A program made the position numbers and the translations under genes. Shown in pieces: positions 27,186 to 40,570 of a stretch of 64,000 nt of DNA. The stretch's first letter is position 1, and each line of letters starts with the position of its first letter. The stretch spans positions 10,292,001 through 10,356,000 of the forward strand of contig NC_087436.1 in assembly GCF_036321535.1 (NCBI RefSeq). Reading direction: 5' to 3'. The stretch comes from Camelus dromedarius (taxonomy: Eukaryota). A model generated the notes under the pieces. It was not told where the DNA came from. It saw only the letters and a list, made by a program, of their open reading frames with translations, and did no database searches.

Positions 27186-29059
27186 GCCCCAGGGTGTAAG
27201 AAGGTCTCAGGCTTTCTTAACCTGCTGCCACCACCTTTACTAATTCAACTAAATTTATACTCATTTACTCAGCTTTGGTCTCAGGACAGACCCTGACGCC
27301 GGCTCTATGACAGTTCTCAAATTACTCCACTTCATTTCTAGCCATTTCCTAATTCTACATCCTATGTTATTTCATCACCCTGTCAAACTCATCCTCTCAA
27401 GATATATAATCTGAAGGTACGGCTGATTTATCGGCCCCTTGTACAAGCAAACCAAGATGGATCTCTCCCTAAGCCAGAACATTAAACACCTGCTCAGAGA
27501 TGCAAACGCCTGGCTCAGGTTCAGCGGAACGAATTCCCAATACATTTTAAACGTGGGGGCTGCTCTCACCTTGACCTTGCTGGAACGCGCATTGGAATCT
27601 TAAAGGCAAATCTGGCCAAATAGGAAGAGATGAAGATTTTACAGAAGTCAAATCAGAGTATTTGTTTGATCAAAAGAAAACATCGCTTTAAAACACTGTG
27701 ACTGACAGAATGACTCGTACACAGTACAACCTTGAAAAATGTTTGTTGAATAAATTGCGTTGACAATGCCATACACCTTCATTTTCTGCAGGGAAAGCTG
27801 GGGCACACAGACGGGGAAAGAGAAGGCTCTAGCAATCATATTTTATATTCTATGTACCACCTTTCACATTGTATAGGATATTTCTAGGTAGAGACCGACT
27901 GAACAATTTAGAAGGTGCTTTGTCGTGAAAGTGAGGTCTAGGGACCATAACAGGAAATAAGGGACACTGAGATGTTACTTGTTCAGTAGTGGCTTTTGAC
28001 TTTCTTTTTATAAGTAGATTAGATTTTGTGACCTGCATCCTACATAGACCAAAAAGCCAAAAGTGTTTTATTTAAAAGAAAATTCTAGGCGTTAATTTGA
28101 GCTGGAAGGACAAGGCCTTCTTTCCTTTTGACAGTTTGCTCTTGAAAGGGTTTTCTGGTGAAATGCAAAACATACTGTTGCTGGCTGAAGGTAATGATTC
28201 TTCCCCTTAGATTAAGTACAAGCCAAATTCTGCTAATTTTACATCTTCAGGAAACTATTTGTGCTCTGTGTGTGTTATAAAGCATCAGCAAACACTCATG
28301 TCAAAAGCAGCTTGTCAAAGGAAAAGTGAGTGGTGAAAAATTAAGGCTGGCGTGTTCACACTGAAGGTATTTTGACACAGATTGTTTTAAACCTATAAAG
28401 CTTCTCTGTAGCTTTTAGATCAGTATTAACATAGCCAAGGCACACAAATTCTATTAGAATAAGAAGGAAAAAAAGAGTCACAAGTCTGTCTTATATGTCC
28501 TTAAATTAGAAATATGAACTAATAAAAATACTCGAAGTCGGAATGACCAGAAAACTCAAAATATAATTGCAGTTGAATACTGTAGGGTAAAAAGATTCAG
28601 AGGTAAAGACTGGAGAAAAAATGTAGGGCTTACTAACAATTCAACAAGTGTTTTATCCTGTCCTCAAATATTTCATATTCACCACAGCAATCAAGTCAGG
28701 ATACAACCCTGCAAAAATAATAATGTTCCGTTTCATCCCTATTTACCAAAAAATAAAAGTCTCAAGAATCTTGATGAGTTCTAAATCCATCTCTGTATTT
28801 CTAAACCAGGTTAACACTTGTACAATTAAAGAGAATGTATCCTGTTACCCAAGTTCTGGGGCAAAAGCCCTAAAAACTATTTTGTGTACCTTTCTGCTGA
28901 TGACCCATGCTTTCCAGCTCCTGTGTCTTGGCCTTTGACGCCCCTAAACATACTTCTCTTACATTTGATTAAGTCGTACCTGTTGTCTAAGTCCCTGTTT
29001 ATACACAATTCTTCTCCAGTGCTGCCTGCCACCAAACGGAAGTGACCGCGCTCTGAAGT

Positions 29060-29645
29060 CCCACAGTTCCCTGTCTGAACTTTTTTGGCTGGTGCACCGG
29101 GGCTTCCCATGACTCTGCCCAGGTTCAGTGATTTTCTAGAAACTTCACAGGACTGAACACACAGTCATATTCGTGCCTCTGATTTATTACAGTGAAAGGA
29201 CACAAAGCAAAGTCAGCAAAGGGAAAAGGCACACGCAGTGATGCCCAGAGGGACCTGGGAGGAGAGCTCCATACTTCCACAGGCTCACTCCCGGGGCAGT
29301 CATACAGGAGGCACTTAATTCCTGTGGCCGAGGGTGGTGACAACAGAGGAGGCGGGCTGTCTACCAGGGAAGCTCCTTAGAGACCCAATGCCTGGACTTT
29401 TTACCGAGGGCTGATCACGTGGGTCCTCACTGTCTAGCACGTGGCCAAACTCCAGACTCGCATAAGGACGGCAGGCGTCTGGGATCAACCGTGCTCTCTG
29501 CACAGTTTAGGCAACACGAGCCATTCCTACCAGTTCGGGTCGGGGGACCCCATTCCTGAAATCCCAGCCAAGGGCCAGCCCTGCCAGCAGGCCTTTCTAG
29601 AGGTGAGGGGTGCAGGCCTGCTTGCTGTCTTATCTTTTCTGCACA
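29060..29645 (-). mobile_element. MER21-like ERVL LTR
   Basis: Minus strand begins TGTGCAGAAAAGA at 29645. Contains tgatttattacagtgaaaggacacaaagcaaagtcagcaaagggaaaaggc, typical of MER21. Confidence 0.75.
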
Positions 29646-31620
29646 GGGAGTGGTACAGTTCTACTTAAATTATAATTTGCGTATGTCTTAAATTGCACGT
29701 CACATGTCTATGTCATGACTTCTCTATAAGCTCACTGAGGAGGTGGACGGGATGTTTCCGTCACTCCGTCATTCCCAGCAGAGAATAAGGTTCCTGATGG
29801 AGACATCCCCCAAATACTGATGACAAGGAAGTCTGCTCCAGGAACCGCAGGACCCGGGCAGGAAGGCAGACGCAGCCATGCGGAGCGTGGCTCTGCCACA
29901 CTGTCCGGATGGAGCCCTCTCTACCATCTGTGAGTTTCCTTTGTCAAGGGATCAGGGATGGCACAGACTTGACAAAAGTGAAGGGAGACACCCATGATGC
30001 GTAACGCTGCTCCTGACCTGGGAGCATTTTTATTGTTAAACATACGTGCACTTTTTAATGAAACAAGAATGTGCAGTATTTTTTTTTCCAAAAAAATGAT
30101 GTCAGGTCACAAACATTTTACTTAATCCTAAATTTTACTTTGTCCTGTCCAATCTGTTATTTATTCTTATTCTACTCAGAAATCAATGCATATGCTATAA
30201 CCAGTGTCTCACATTCATTTGCTCACAAAAACATTACTGAGTACTTACTGTGCCATCACCAAGACATCAATATTAAAATCCCTACAATAAGAGCAGTGCT
30301 GTGCTGAGTACCCCTCCAAGAGATAAATACTGTTATACACTCTGCTTTTACAAATATAGTTACAAAGGAAGTTACGTAACGCTCCGAGGCAGTTACTCTG
30401 AAATCCATGCTCTTAATCTGGTATCTTGATTATCACACCCTTGAGAAGTTCAGTCTTTTTTTTACATAAAAATGACTCTGACAAAATTAGAGAAAAAAAA
30501 TCTTGTTCCGCTTTAATGTTTTTGCCACCACTTTAAAAATCAAAGGACTCAAATATTGCTAGAATTTTCCATCCCATACTTGGTAAGTTATGTGGTCTTA
30601 ATGAAAAGTTATCACTTAGTAATTCGTTAGAAAGTAGTGAGGGCTTAACATTGGATTTAGCGTTTGTGACTGTCATTCTGAACGTAAATAAAAGCACCAT
30701 TATATTGGCTTGATTAAAAGAAACTTAAGCACACTGAAATCTTTTCATCCCTACAGGTGTGTGATGGTTGAGTTTTTGCTCTTGTACAATTAGAGGAACT
30801 AGAGCAGAGCATTTCTTTTCTCTCTGAATATAATGCACTTTTATCATTCATGTCTCCCGCACAAGGCTGCAAGTAAGACGTGTCAGAGCCTGGAAGAAGA
30901 CCTCATAGGAGGGAAACTACACTTCTGACTTTTTTAATTTCTTAAAGAATAAATAAAAAGGTAAACATTATAAATGAGCTGCAGTATGTCAAAGTCAAAC
31001 CACGGTTTGGAAAGGCAGACACAGTTTTGTCGCTGGATCACAAAGCAATACTTAGCATGACAAAAGAGCTGTCAGTACTGCTTACAGGGTTTCTAGGTCA
31101 ACATTCACATTCACATTCAGAAAGATGACCATGTTGTGCAGTTGCAGGCGAGGCTCTTCATGATGTGACGAAGATGATCGACATTTGAAAGGTGTTGTTT
31201 TAATTGACAACTACTTAAGAAAACCATCAAGTGACTGATATCATCACCTCAGGTCAGAGAGGAGGCGAGTGTGTCTCAGGGAGGTTGAGTGAGTGTCTCA
31301 GGACACGTACACAGGAAGTGACAGCGGCCACTTAAACTCTCAGATCCTCTCGCTCCAGGGTAAGTGCTTTAACCACAGGGCCACCTGGGCTCTCCAAGGT
31401 TAGGAAGGTGCCCGGATTGGAATGTCCTTAGAAATGTGCACTTTCAAGGGTTGAGATACCAAGCTCTGTGGTCCTGTGCGTCTGTGCACACCCTGCTTTT
31501 GTTCTGGGCCAGCTTATGGAGCATGTTTATACAGTGGCTGGCAGCGCAACACGGAGATACGGTCTCTCTATAGGCCAACGGACAGGCGTGCTCGCTGTCT
31601 ATTAAAAATAATAGATTTGC

Positions 31621-31706
31621 TCCCCAGTACCTCCTCTAAAAATAAACAAATAAACCGAATTACCCCCCTTCAACAAAAAAATTAAATTAAATTAAATAAA
31701 AAAAAA
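31621..31706 (+). mobile_element. 5'-truncated Vic-1-like SINE
   Basis: tccccagtacctcc...aataaaccgaattacccccc plus an A-rich tail; lacks the A box. Confidence 0.75.
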
Positions 31707-31904
31707 GTTTCCTAAGCATAGGGTTCCACCTCTACCTCCAACCCAGTACGTTCACAAGTGCCATCTGACCATCTTGTATTTTCTCATAAGAACTGGCCTC
31801 AGGCAACCAGCTTAATAAAATGTTAATACTCTGGTTACTCCTATTTTTAAATGAGTAATAAAGTCCTTTGTTTCTCAAAACAAAACAGAACCTTCCCTAA
31901 GTTG

Positions 31905-32077
31905 GAAGTGGGTCTGTGTTCTGTAGTGCCTATAGTTTGTGTCAGTGTTTGGGGGGCCCTCCTGAAGGAAAGAAATATAAAATTACAGACAAAAAATTGA
32001 GTTCAGGGCTGTGGAAGGGTGCTGGCCAGTGAGGGGCCCTGAGATGGAAGTTCTCTTTGTGGTAAATTCATCTTTGT
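31905..32077. mobile_element. MER53-like hAT DNA transposon
   Basis: ggggggccctcctgaaggaaagaaatataaaattac...tgaggggccctgag...gtggtaaattcatctttg. Confidence 0.55.
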
Positions 32078-32785
32078 CAGAATTACATTTTTGGAAGTCA
32101 TAATTTTCCAATTTCACAAATGGCTCTAAATGACTTTTCGCTCCCCAAGCACCAAGTCTATATATTGCCTGCTACCTCATTTTTAGAAAAGAGCTCTTAA
32201 ATTTTGTTTTCCAGGCAAAATAAAAATCTAGATGATCTCTCCCCTGCTACAATCTTTTCAACATTCTGGTGTCTTGCTTGGATTTACAGACAGTCTAGGG
32301 AGTATTTTGATTTTTGCATCCATTAACTCAATAAGGCAAATACGACCAAATTAACATCTTAAATTAAATTGCTTTCTAAAACCTGTCCTGGTTAAATTCC
32401 AGCACAGTTGAGCCCAAACTCCTGGAATAACTGAATTCATGGGAGTTACATCATGAATGTTGATGCAGTTTCAACTTGGCTATGCCACAGCGCAGCTCTC
32501 TGAGGCTTGACGTGAGAGAAAAAACATACTTTGACACTTTGAAAGTAGCAAATAATCTTTTGCATACTGCGCTGAAGAGGAAAAATAGCTTAACTCACTT
32601 TGTTGTGCAAAATCATGTTCTTCTACAACAGTAAAATCTTAGGATAGTTAAAAACATTAACAAGTCATATTTGTGTATTGCTCACAGACAAGAATTACAG
32701 GTTAAATGCTATAAAATATTGACCTGAACTCATAAAATATGTAAATGAATAAACAGTTAGGAAAAAATGAATGTAGTTCACTTAC

Positions 32786-32836
32786 TTTTGAAATATTACT
32801 TGATCGACTTGCAGATCGCCCTGGGGATTTGTCATT
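32786..32836 (-). CDS. MARCHF1: Internal coding exon (51 nt, phase 0/0) of E3 ubiquitin-protein ligase MARCHF1, N-terminal cytoplasmic tail before the RING-CH domain
   Basis: Minus strand reads ctctaattttatttatttttcag|AAT GAC AAA TCC CCA GGG CGA TCT GCA AGT CGA TCA AGT AAT ATT TCA AAA|gtaagt = NDKSPGRSASRSSNISK. This matches recalled human/mouse MARCH1 NEKSPGRSASRSSNISK (16/17) and not the MARCH8 paralog (NEKTLGH..SHSSNISK). Canonical acceptor, branch-like CTAAT and donor are present. Confidence 0.95.
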
Positions 32837-35749
32837 CTGAAAAATAAATAAAATTAGAGACACTGATTAAAAATGTAGCCATCATCTTTCCTGCTGAAAA
32901 AAGAAAACACAGAACAGGCCAACATGGAGAACTTCTCTGTGCTGTTCTGAGAGATAAACATAAAAATTGCTTATTATAAAATGTGGTATTTCTCTTACCA
33001 AATTTTAAATCTCTAGTACATATCAGTGTCCTTTTGAAAATGTTTCAATTAGTATCAGGGTTTATATCAGTCTCAGAGTATTTATATCCAGGAAATGCTT
33101 ATTTCTCTAGAAAAACATATGTAGTTCCTTTGAAATAGGATTAGCAATGAAAATATAGTTCATTATCCCCACTTTTGCTTTTGCTACTAGAAAATTCTAA
33201 AACAGTACAATTCTGGTTCTCAGTGTCAGTAAATATTGCATACCAGATACATGGCCCACAGCATCTAACTTGTGTTCTTCTAAAATACATTTTCTTGGTG
33301 TTTTATTTTCAGAATTAAGAAAAATTAAAGATACTTTAAACATTTCAGACTTTGAATTGTTTAAATTGAAAATATTTTTAAAATTATTTTAAATTTTAAA
33401 ACTTAAAAATAAGTTTAAAAAAATTATACCTCAGTTCTTGCCTCTTACGGAATTTCCAGTTTAGGAGAAAAGAGGCCTAAAGAGGTTTTGAATCGATACT
33501 TTTTAAGAAAATCATACAATTTTAAAGTAGAAAGGGTCCTTAAAGAGTGGCACCCCGTTGTTCAAAGCCCAGGAGGCTTCTGTTTCTTGCGACCACAGAG
33601 CTCTGCCCAAGCCAGGGCCAGCCCATCAGTTTCTGCTGAGACCACTCTGCCGATTATCTGCTGGTGGATAATTGACCAACAAGCAGAATAAGCAGACACT
33701 ATGCATTTTACATGGATCAAGAGATCACAGCACACCTTTCCTCCATAGAGAAAATGCTGTTGGGAGAGCCTGTTCTGAAAACCAAAAGTTTGTGAAATAT
33801 CTAAACTAACACTTTAGGATTCTTTTTTTAAAAAAATGTTCTGAGCATCTGAACTCAACCCCGCAGTGCACCTGAGCAGACAGCTACAGTGCATCTTGAG
33901 AGAGGTCATTTCTGAGAACAAAGTTGTTATAACAACCTGTGGGTCTGAAATTGCCCGGTGACGACTGCTCAAGACAGTTTCAGAAAGTCAGTGATGACAG
34001 GATATGGCACAAATGTTATTATGGAAACACAGCAACTGCGTTCCCTGCAAACTCTCGCTGTGTCTCGCATGGGCTTGCAGCCTTCCCGCCTTCCCAGCAA
34101 CATTTTTTCTTTTTCTTTTTCTTTTACATGCAACATCTCATACAACCTCCGATGTCACTGCGGAGGAGGTTATTACAGACCCAGATGAGTCACAACTGTA
34201 CGATTAGTTACACCTCGTAACAGCCCTGTGATCTCCAGCTGGAGATTAATGTCTGTGCTACCCGAAGACATTTTTCCTTGATTAGCTTCCTCCGGTGATG
34301 GAGAGAGGTACTTTCCTACTGACATCTCAACTCCTTTTCTATAGACAAGAAAACAAAACCCATCCATCTTTCCTTCGCAGTGAAATTCAGGATTGTGACA
34401 CACTGTTGGCTGGATCAGAGGTCAGTAATATAAACAGGCTTTGGAGGGGGTTTTGTTGTCCTGCTCGTTTTATGAATGTTTTCTATATTTATATGATCTT
34501 TGAGAACACGATTAAAGAACTAGAAATGAAAGGTGTTTCAGCAAGAACCAAGAAGTACTATACACATTAAATTTGGCATCATGTTACTTGATTTTTTCAG
34601 ACCAAATGGGACTTCGTAGTGTTTTCAGATAGGAACAAGGACAGGTCCCTTCACAGTTGTGAATGGGTTCAGCATGGGGTTCTCATAAGCAGACAATTCC
34701 CATACACTTCGCCAGTATCCCCCAATCTAATGGTGGGGGCAGGGGACCCTCTGCTTGATTATTTCGAATTTCAAGATGTATTTCACCTTGATATCCTTTG
34801 GTTCTCTTTTCTCCTAATACAAGGTTGGGCATGGAAAGAAAGAAACAAGCTTGGGCAAAGGCTAGCTTTTTGTCATGACCCAGTTTGCCATCACTTCTAT
34901 TCCAGTAAACACACGGGAAGGGAGAGGTCACACTGTCACTGTGCCGGTGGTGACGCAGCGTGGGACTTCAACTAGACCTGGGCTAGGGCACTAGGTCTAG
35001 CAGGCATATGTTGGAGATCCCAGGACTCCAACTTCCTCACCGTGAAATGGGCAGATCATATCTTGGGGATTGCTGTAAGGATCAAATATGTAAGTTATAA
35101 ATGAAAACATTTTATGGATTACAAGGTCATAATATTTCCATCAGGAAGGGAAAACACCCAAAGAATCCCCTCAAAAATCATGATAATCCTCCTAGGTTAG
35201 TAAACCCATAATTTTTAACACAAACATCTTAGTTTCTCTGTCCTGCAATTCCACTTCTGTTGTGGATTAGATTCGGGCATATAACATTTAAGAATGAAAA
35301 ATCAAACTTCTCTCTACCAAAGGGGGTTAAGGAAGTTTGGTCTGTTTTGCTTTGGAAGCAAAGCACCAGAAGCACTTTCTCTCCTGGAAAACTTCCAAAG
35401 CAATCTGCCCAATTTGCTACTAATTAATCGGGTGGTTTGTCTTATCACTATTGCAATGACATAGTGTTCTTTGGAGATTAGTCAAATATGGTGGTCATAC
35501 CTCATTCTGATCAGTTTAAATTCTTAACCTTAGATTAAATAGAAGCTGCCTTGGAATCTAACACAACCTGCTGGTACCTAAATTATAATTACCTTGTAGG
35601 TCACTAGAAGTTGAAACCAACAAGAGTTCCATATAAGTCTAAACAAAAATTATGAGATCATCAAGGAATAATGCTGAGCTACTTTGGAAGATCAATCTCA
35701 GCAGGTTATTCACGGTATGCAGAGGGAAAGACTTCTAGTTTCATTAAGT

Positions 35750-35880
35750 GTTTTTAGCGATATTGAGCATATTTTCATATGCCTATTGGCCATTTGTATG
35801 TCTTCATTGGAGAATTGCTTGTTTAGGTCTTCTGCCCATTTTTGGATTGGGTTGTTTGTTTTTTTCTCATTGAGTTGTTT
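35750..35880 (-). mobile_element. Isolated internal L1 ORF2 fragment (no 3'UTR or tail)
   Basis: Plus strand reads [34 protein letters not shown], the antisense of the L1 segment also present at 4830-4930 and 11040-11140. Confidence 0.85.
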
Positions 35881-36539
35881 TAAATCTTTTCAAAAAGTTT
35901 CTAATTTTTGGTTTGATATGAATGTATCTGGTATTGTTAGTTTCATCGTGAGATGATTATTAATACAATAGTAATTGTTTTTCAAATTTGACCTTTCTAA
36001 ACATGGCTGGATTTTTACTACCAGTGGGGAAAAAAATGATGACCAGATGAGGAAATCATTACTAAATTATTTTAACATGTTTAATGTTATTATCTAAGGA
36101 AAGTGACATAGTTCCTTTAAAAGGGAATGCCCTGTGTCAAAGAAGGCATGATACAGTGGGCATATGTTTATCCAGAGAGGAATAAACTGTATATTATATC
36201 ATTGGTCAGAAGAGGGCAGTATAGAAGTTTGAAGGAGTATTTTGTTATTTTTTAAGTAAACAAAAGGAAAAAACAAACTATTTCTGACTGCAGAAATCAG
36301 AATAAGACAATCTCACACAGACCACTGATATGATGCTATTCTGTAGTTTTCTTTCCCCCCCTTTCCCCCCACCTCCTCATCCTTTCAGGCTAAAATCAAG
36401 ATATCTGAAAGAAGGAAAAAAAGAGACAATTTTGAGGGTCATTTAAAAAATTCTAAGTAAATCATGAAATTGTTTCTGCTAGAACAATTAAAGAATTAAA
36501 GCTTGGAAGAGAAAAAAAGTCTTTGAAAGCAACGTAGCT

Positions 36540-39500
36540 GATAAACAAAAAATAAACAACACAGAGACACTGAATAATGCAATAAAACTTGATTAATAGA
36601 TATACTAAAAATCTCATGTCCTTTAAATAAAAAAAGACGTTTTAAAATGCCTATGAGGCATTTAAAATTTATTTGGCTTCAAATAATACTTGAACAAAAA
36701 TCTTCAGGTAGAGATTTTATAGGGTACTTCTTTTCATTTTGGGTCAATAAAATCAGAAATAAAATTTTGCAAAATTACTAATAAATTTTGATCACTTGAA
36801 AACTAACTAACATGTATTAAGATAATCCTTGCTCCAAAGAAATGAAATCTCTGAAAAATTATAGCCAGAAACTCTGGAAAATGTTATATGAAGACCTATG
36901 TAACACAACAAAACCTATATCCAGATAAGAATTTCTGACTAAAAGCCTTCATTATTAAAAAACACAGTAACAAGACAAAACAAAAGGATGCAGTAAAAAG
37001 AAAATAATAAAATATGAACACTAAAACTCATTAAATGGATATAAACAAGAAGGACAAAGAATATTTCTTATAGCAGATTTTTGAAAATAATTACAAAATA
37101 GATGAATTTCCTGTAAGAATTGTTAAAGAGAGCAGAAACATATAGGAAATGAGAAAGGATATATAACCAGAGATAAAGAAGAAGTTAGAAAAATTATAAA
37201 AGACCGCTGTATGTAATGGTATTACTACAAATTTGAAAACCTAGAGGAAATGGGTCACATTCTAGCACAATAAAAGTTGTCAGAATTTATTCAAGAAGAG
37301 GAAATAAATCGATGATAATGTCAATGAATAGATTATTAACAAAGAAGAGACTGGATAAACAAATAAAAGTCTATATGCCCTGTAAAGTGCATGATGGTTT
37401 CACAACTAAGTTGTATCTTACTTTAAAAGAATACATAATTTTAATTTTATTTACACTATTCTTGACTATAGAAACAGAAACTTCCTTAATTCATATTATT
37501 AATCCTGCATAAATGTAACTTCAATGTGTTAAGACAGTACTCAGAAAGAAATAAAAAAGGAAAATAAATTATGCTCTGGTCATTTGGGACTACAGACGCA
37601 AAAATTCTTTTAAAATATTATTATATCTAATAGTAGCATGTATATTTGATACACCGGCGGTGTACCAAAAGTAAGTACCCAAGGAATAAAATAGATAGGA
37701 TTTAGTTCTGATATCCCCTTATCAGGAAATCTATCAATAATTCATTAGACCAATATATTGAAAGAGAAAAACATTATGATCTTATAGTCAAGTGCCGAAG
37801 AGATGTTTGACAAACTTTGCCAATCTTACTATAATGTAAGTCCTGAGTGAAACAAAAGTTGAAGAAAAACTCGTAAAGTGATAAAGACAATATCCTAGGA
37901 AACAGCACCAAATATCACTCTAGATACTGTGAATACTACATACTGTGTTAATTAAATACTAGAATTGTGTTAATTGAAGAAGTTCTGTTAGGGATGCTTG
38001 CTCTTACAATTATTATTCAACTTGTCTGAGAGTTTGTAACAAAAGTAAGAAGAAAATGAAACATTTGGTAGAAAAAATTATTGGAAAAGAAACAACCGAT
38101 TTTATCTTATTGATGATATGGTCCTATAGAAATTCTAACTGTTTCTAGTTATAAAAGAAAGCTGTAATTAACAAGACTTTAGTAGATACAAGAAACTTAT
38201 TCCATGGCAATGTCTGATAAATTTCCTAAAATCCATTCTCTTTTCTTCTGTATTAAGAAAACAGTGACTGGGTACACCTCTTGCCAGTCACGTGACATGT
38301 CCCTGTCTTCCTTCCAGCTACAGGCTGCCTACGACTAAATTTCCTCCAGCGAGATGTGCAGAGGGCTAACAATTGTCAGCTCCCTGCTTGTCTCCTAAAT
38401 CTAAACTTTCCTCCACACTCCTTTTCTACTGCTCTGTGCTAGGAAGATGACTATCAGAGCAAGCCAGGAAGTCACATATTAAAGAGTGGAGCTGAATTCT
38501 CCTGAGTCCCTGAATGACCACACGGTGAAAAGCCTGCTGCCAGTTTGGAAGAGACACGTTAAACCATCATGAGAGAAGTAAACTTGTATTTCCTTGGAGC
38601 CGTCACATTTTTGGATTTATTTTTATAACAGTTTAGCCTATCCAAATGGAAATACTGCAAAATCCAGAAATAGGGATAAGAATTTCACATATAGCAAAAT
38701 GGGTATTCAAGTCAATATTGAAAGGAGAGTGGATATAATAAATGCTTCTGGACACCTGGCTTCCATGAGGAAGAAAAAGTCAAACCGGTATGGAATGACA
38801 TCTACAGTCAGACTCCAGAGAGAACAAAGTCTTAAATGTGAAAGATAAAAACATCTTCGAAATAAGCCTAAACTATAAACGCAGTCTTGGGGTGAGGAAG
38901 ATCAGTATAACTAATACAGAAACCAGAAGCAGTAAGTCATATTTGGTTAAATTACTTTGGAAAACACACAAAAAATGAAAGTGAATAAACAAACAATAGA
39001 GTTTTAAAAAGTACAGGACAAAATACTGATGAGGTCCAATTTCTATAATAGTCAAAGAGGTTTTGTCTATTCACACACAAAAAAAAGGTAACAGGAAGAA
39101 ATCTAATAGAAAAAAAATTAAGCAAAAGCTAGGAAGAGAAATGCACAAAAAAGGAACTACAGATTCTTAATTAGCATATGACAAGATACTTAAAATCGCA
39201 AGCAGTCAGGAAAACGCAAATTAAACTAACAAGACCTTGCTTTATACCCACTATGATGGAAAAACTGAAAAGAGCGATAGCCTCTATTGCTGACGCGGAT
39301 GAGGAAAAAGAGTTCTCTCAAAAATTGCTAAGAGGAATGTGCATTTTTGCTGTATTATTTGGAAAAAACCTGGGGACATCTGTTGGAATGTAAGATATCA
39401 TTTTACGCAGTAATCTCCCTCCTGGGAATCTGTCCCAGAGAAATAAAAGCACAGGTCCATAAGGATACGAGAATAAGGACACAATACAGCTCTGTCCTTA

Positions 39501-39560
39501 AATGACAAAAAAAAAAAAAATTGGCAATAAAGATGTGCCAGTTAAATTAATGTCTGGAAC
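36540..39560 (+). mobile_element. Old, fragmented L1M ORF2 interrupted by a MaLR LTR at ~38260-38640
   Basis: Degenerate ORF2 motifs (aatttgaaaacctagaggaaatgg, gatggtttcacaactaagttgtatc, gggatgcttgctcttacaattattattcaac, gaaaacgcaaattaaactaacaag). Confidence 0.75.
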
Positions 39561-39574
39561 CTTTTACGCCATAC

Positions 39575-40002
39575 TTCTAAATTCTATTCTGGAGCTGGGA
39601 CCCTGCAAAGTCACCTGGCTCCCTCCGAAGCTCCCCGGGAAGTGCTCCACAGGGAACCTGGAAGCCTGGAAAAAGAAAGCGGGACTTGCTCTGTCCGATT
39701 TGCTTGCTGTTGGCTCCTTATCTGCATCTAGCAAGTGAGCCTCACCCAGAAGGGCTTCTTCCCCTCGGCAGCTGCAGTTCGGCCCTGCAGCAACAGCTGC
39801 TAAACATGAAGCCTTTCTCCCACTCACAGTCACTGACTCACTTTTAGACACTAGCCTCAGCCAGCTGGCTCCCTCCTCAGAATGAGTCTCAGTTCTGGGG
39901 GGCCCCTCTTCCATGCTTTTAATAATTCCAATTTTTTTTCCTTGTTCACTCAGACATGGGGGGATGAATGCTTCCTGCAATCCCAATTTGAAGTATCTTG
40001 CT

Positions 40003-40033
<31 letters not shown>

Positions 40034-40146
40034 GCCTTTTCTGTTACCTAGTTACTGATCTTTTACATCCAGGCAATGAATCCGTCTATTAAATTCTTCA
40101 TGATAAAATAGTCTGGTTTCACTCTCTTGACTAAACCTGACTAACA
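39575..40146 (+). mobile_element. LTR33/LTR16-like old ERVL LTR
   Basis: Ends tattaaattcttc...ctggtttcactctcttgactaaacctgactaaca; starts ctggagctgggaccctgcaaa. Confidence 0.55.
40006..40033 (+). repeat. Poly(T) tract (other long homopolymers: A at 10241-10263 and 48657-48677)
   Basis: Read directly from the sequence. Confidence 0.9.
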
Positions 40147-40194
40147 GCGTATGTTCATCAAGAGAGAAATGATTAAGTAAGTTGCAGCAGAGTT

Positions 40195-40570
40195 AGAAGC
40201 AGACTCACAGAGACATAGAACAAACTAATGGTTAACAGTGAGGAGTGGTTGGGGGAGGGGCAAGATATGGCTGGGGGATTTTAAAAATGAGGTTAGTACA
40301 AGATCATATGAAATTACGTGTGTCAAACTTTTGAAAATTATAAAGCACTGTAGAATTTTTAAAATCTTTCATTCAATAAAAAAAATAAGTAAGCCATGGG
40401 GATGTGATATACAGCATAAAGAATGCTGTCAATAACACTGGGATAACTTTGTACAAGGACTGATTGTGGGGACCATTTCATAAGGTATGCAAATGTCAAC
40501 TCACTATGTGGCACACCTGAACCAAACATAATATGCTGTGTGAACTATATTTCAATTGAAAAAAAAAACA
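40195..40570 (+). mobile_element. L1 3'UTR end (laurasiatherian type)
   Basis: agactcacagagacatagaacaaactaatggtt...cacctgaaccaaacataatatgctgtgtgaactatatttcaatt followed by an A tail. Confidence 0.85.
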
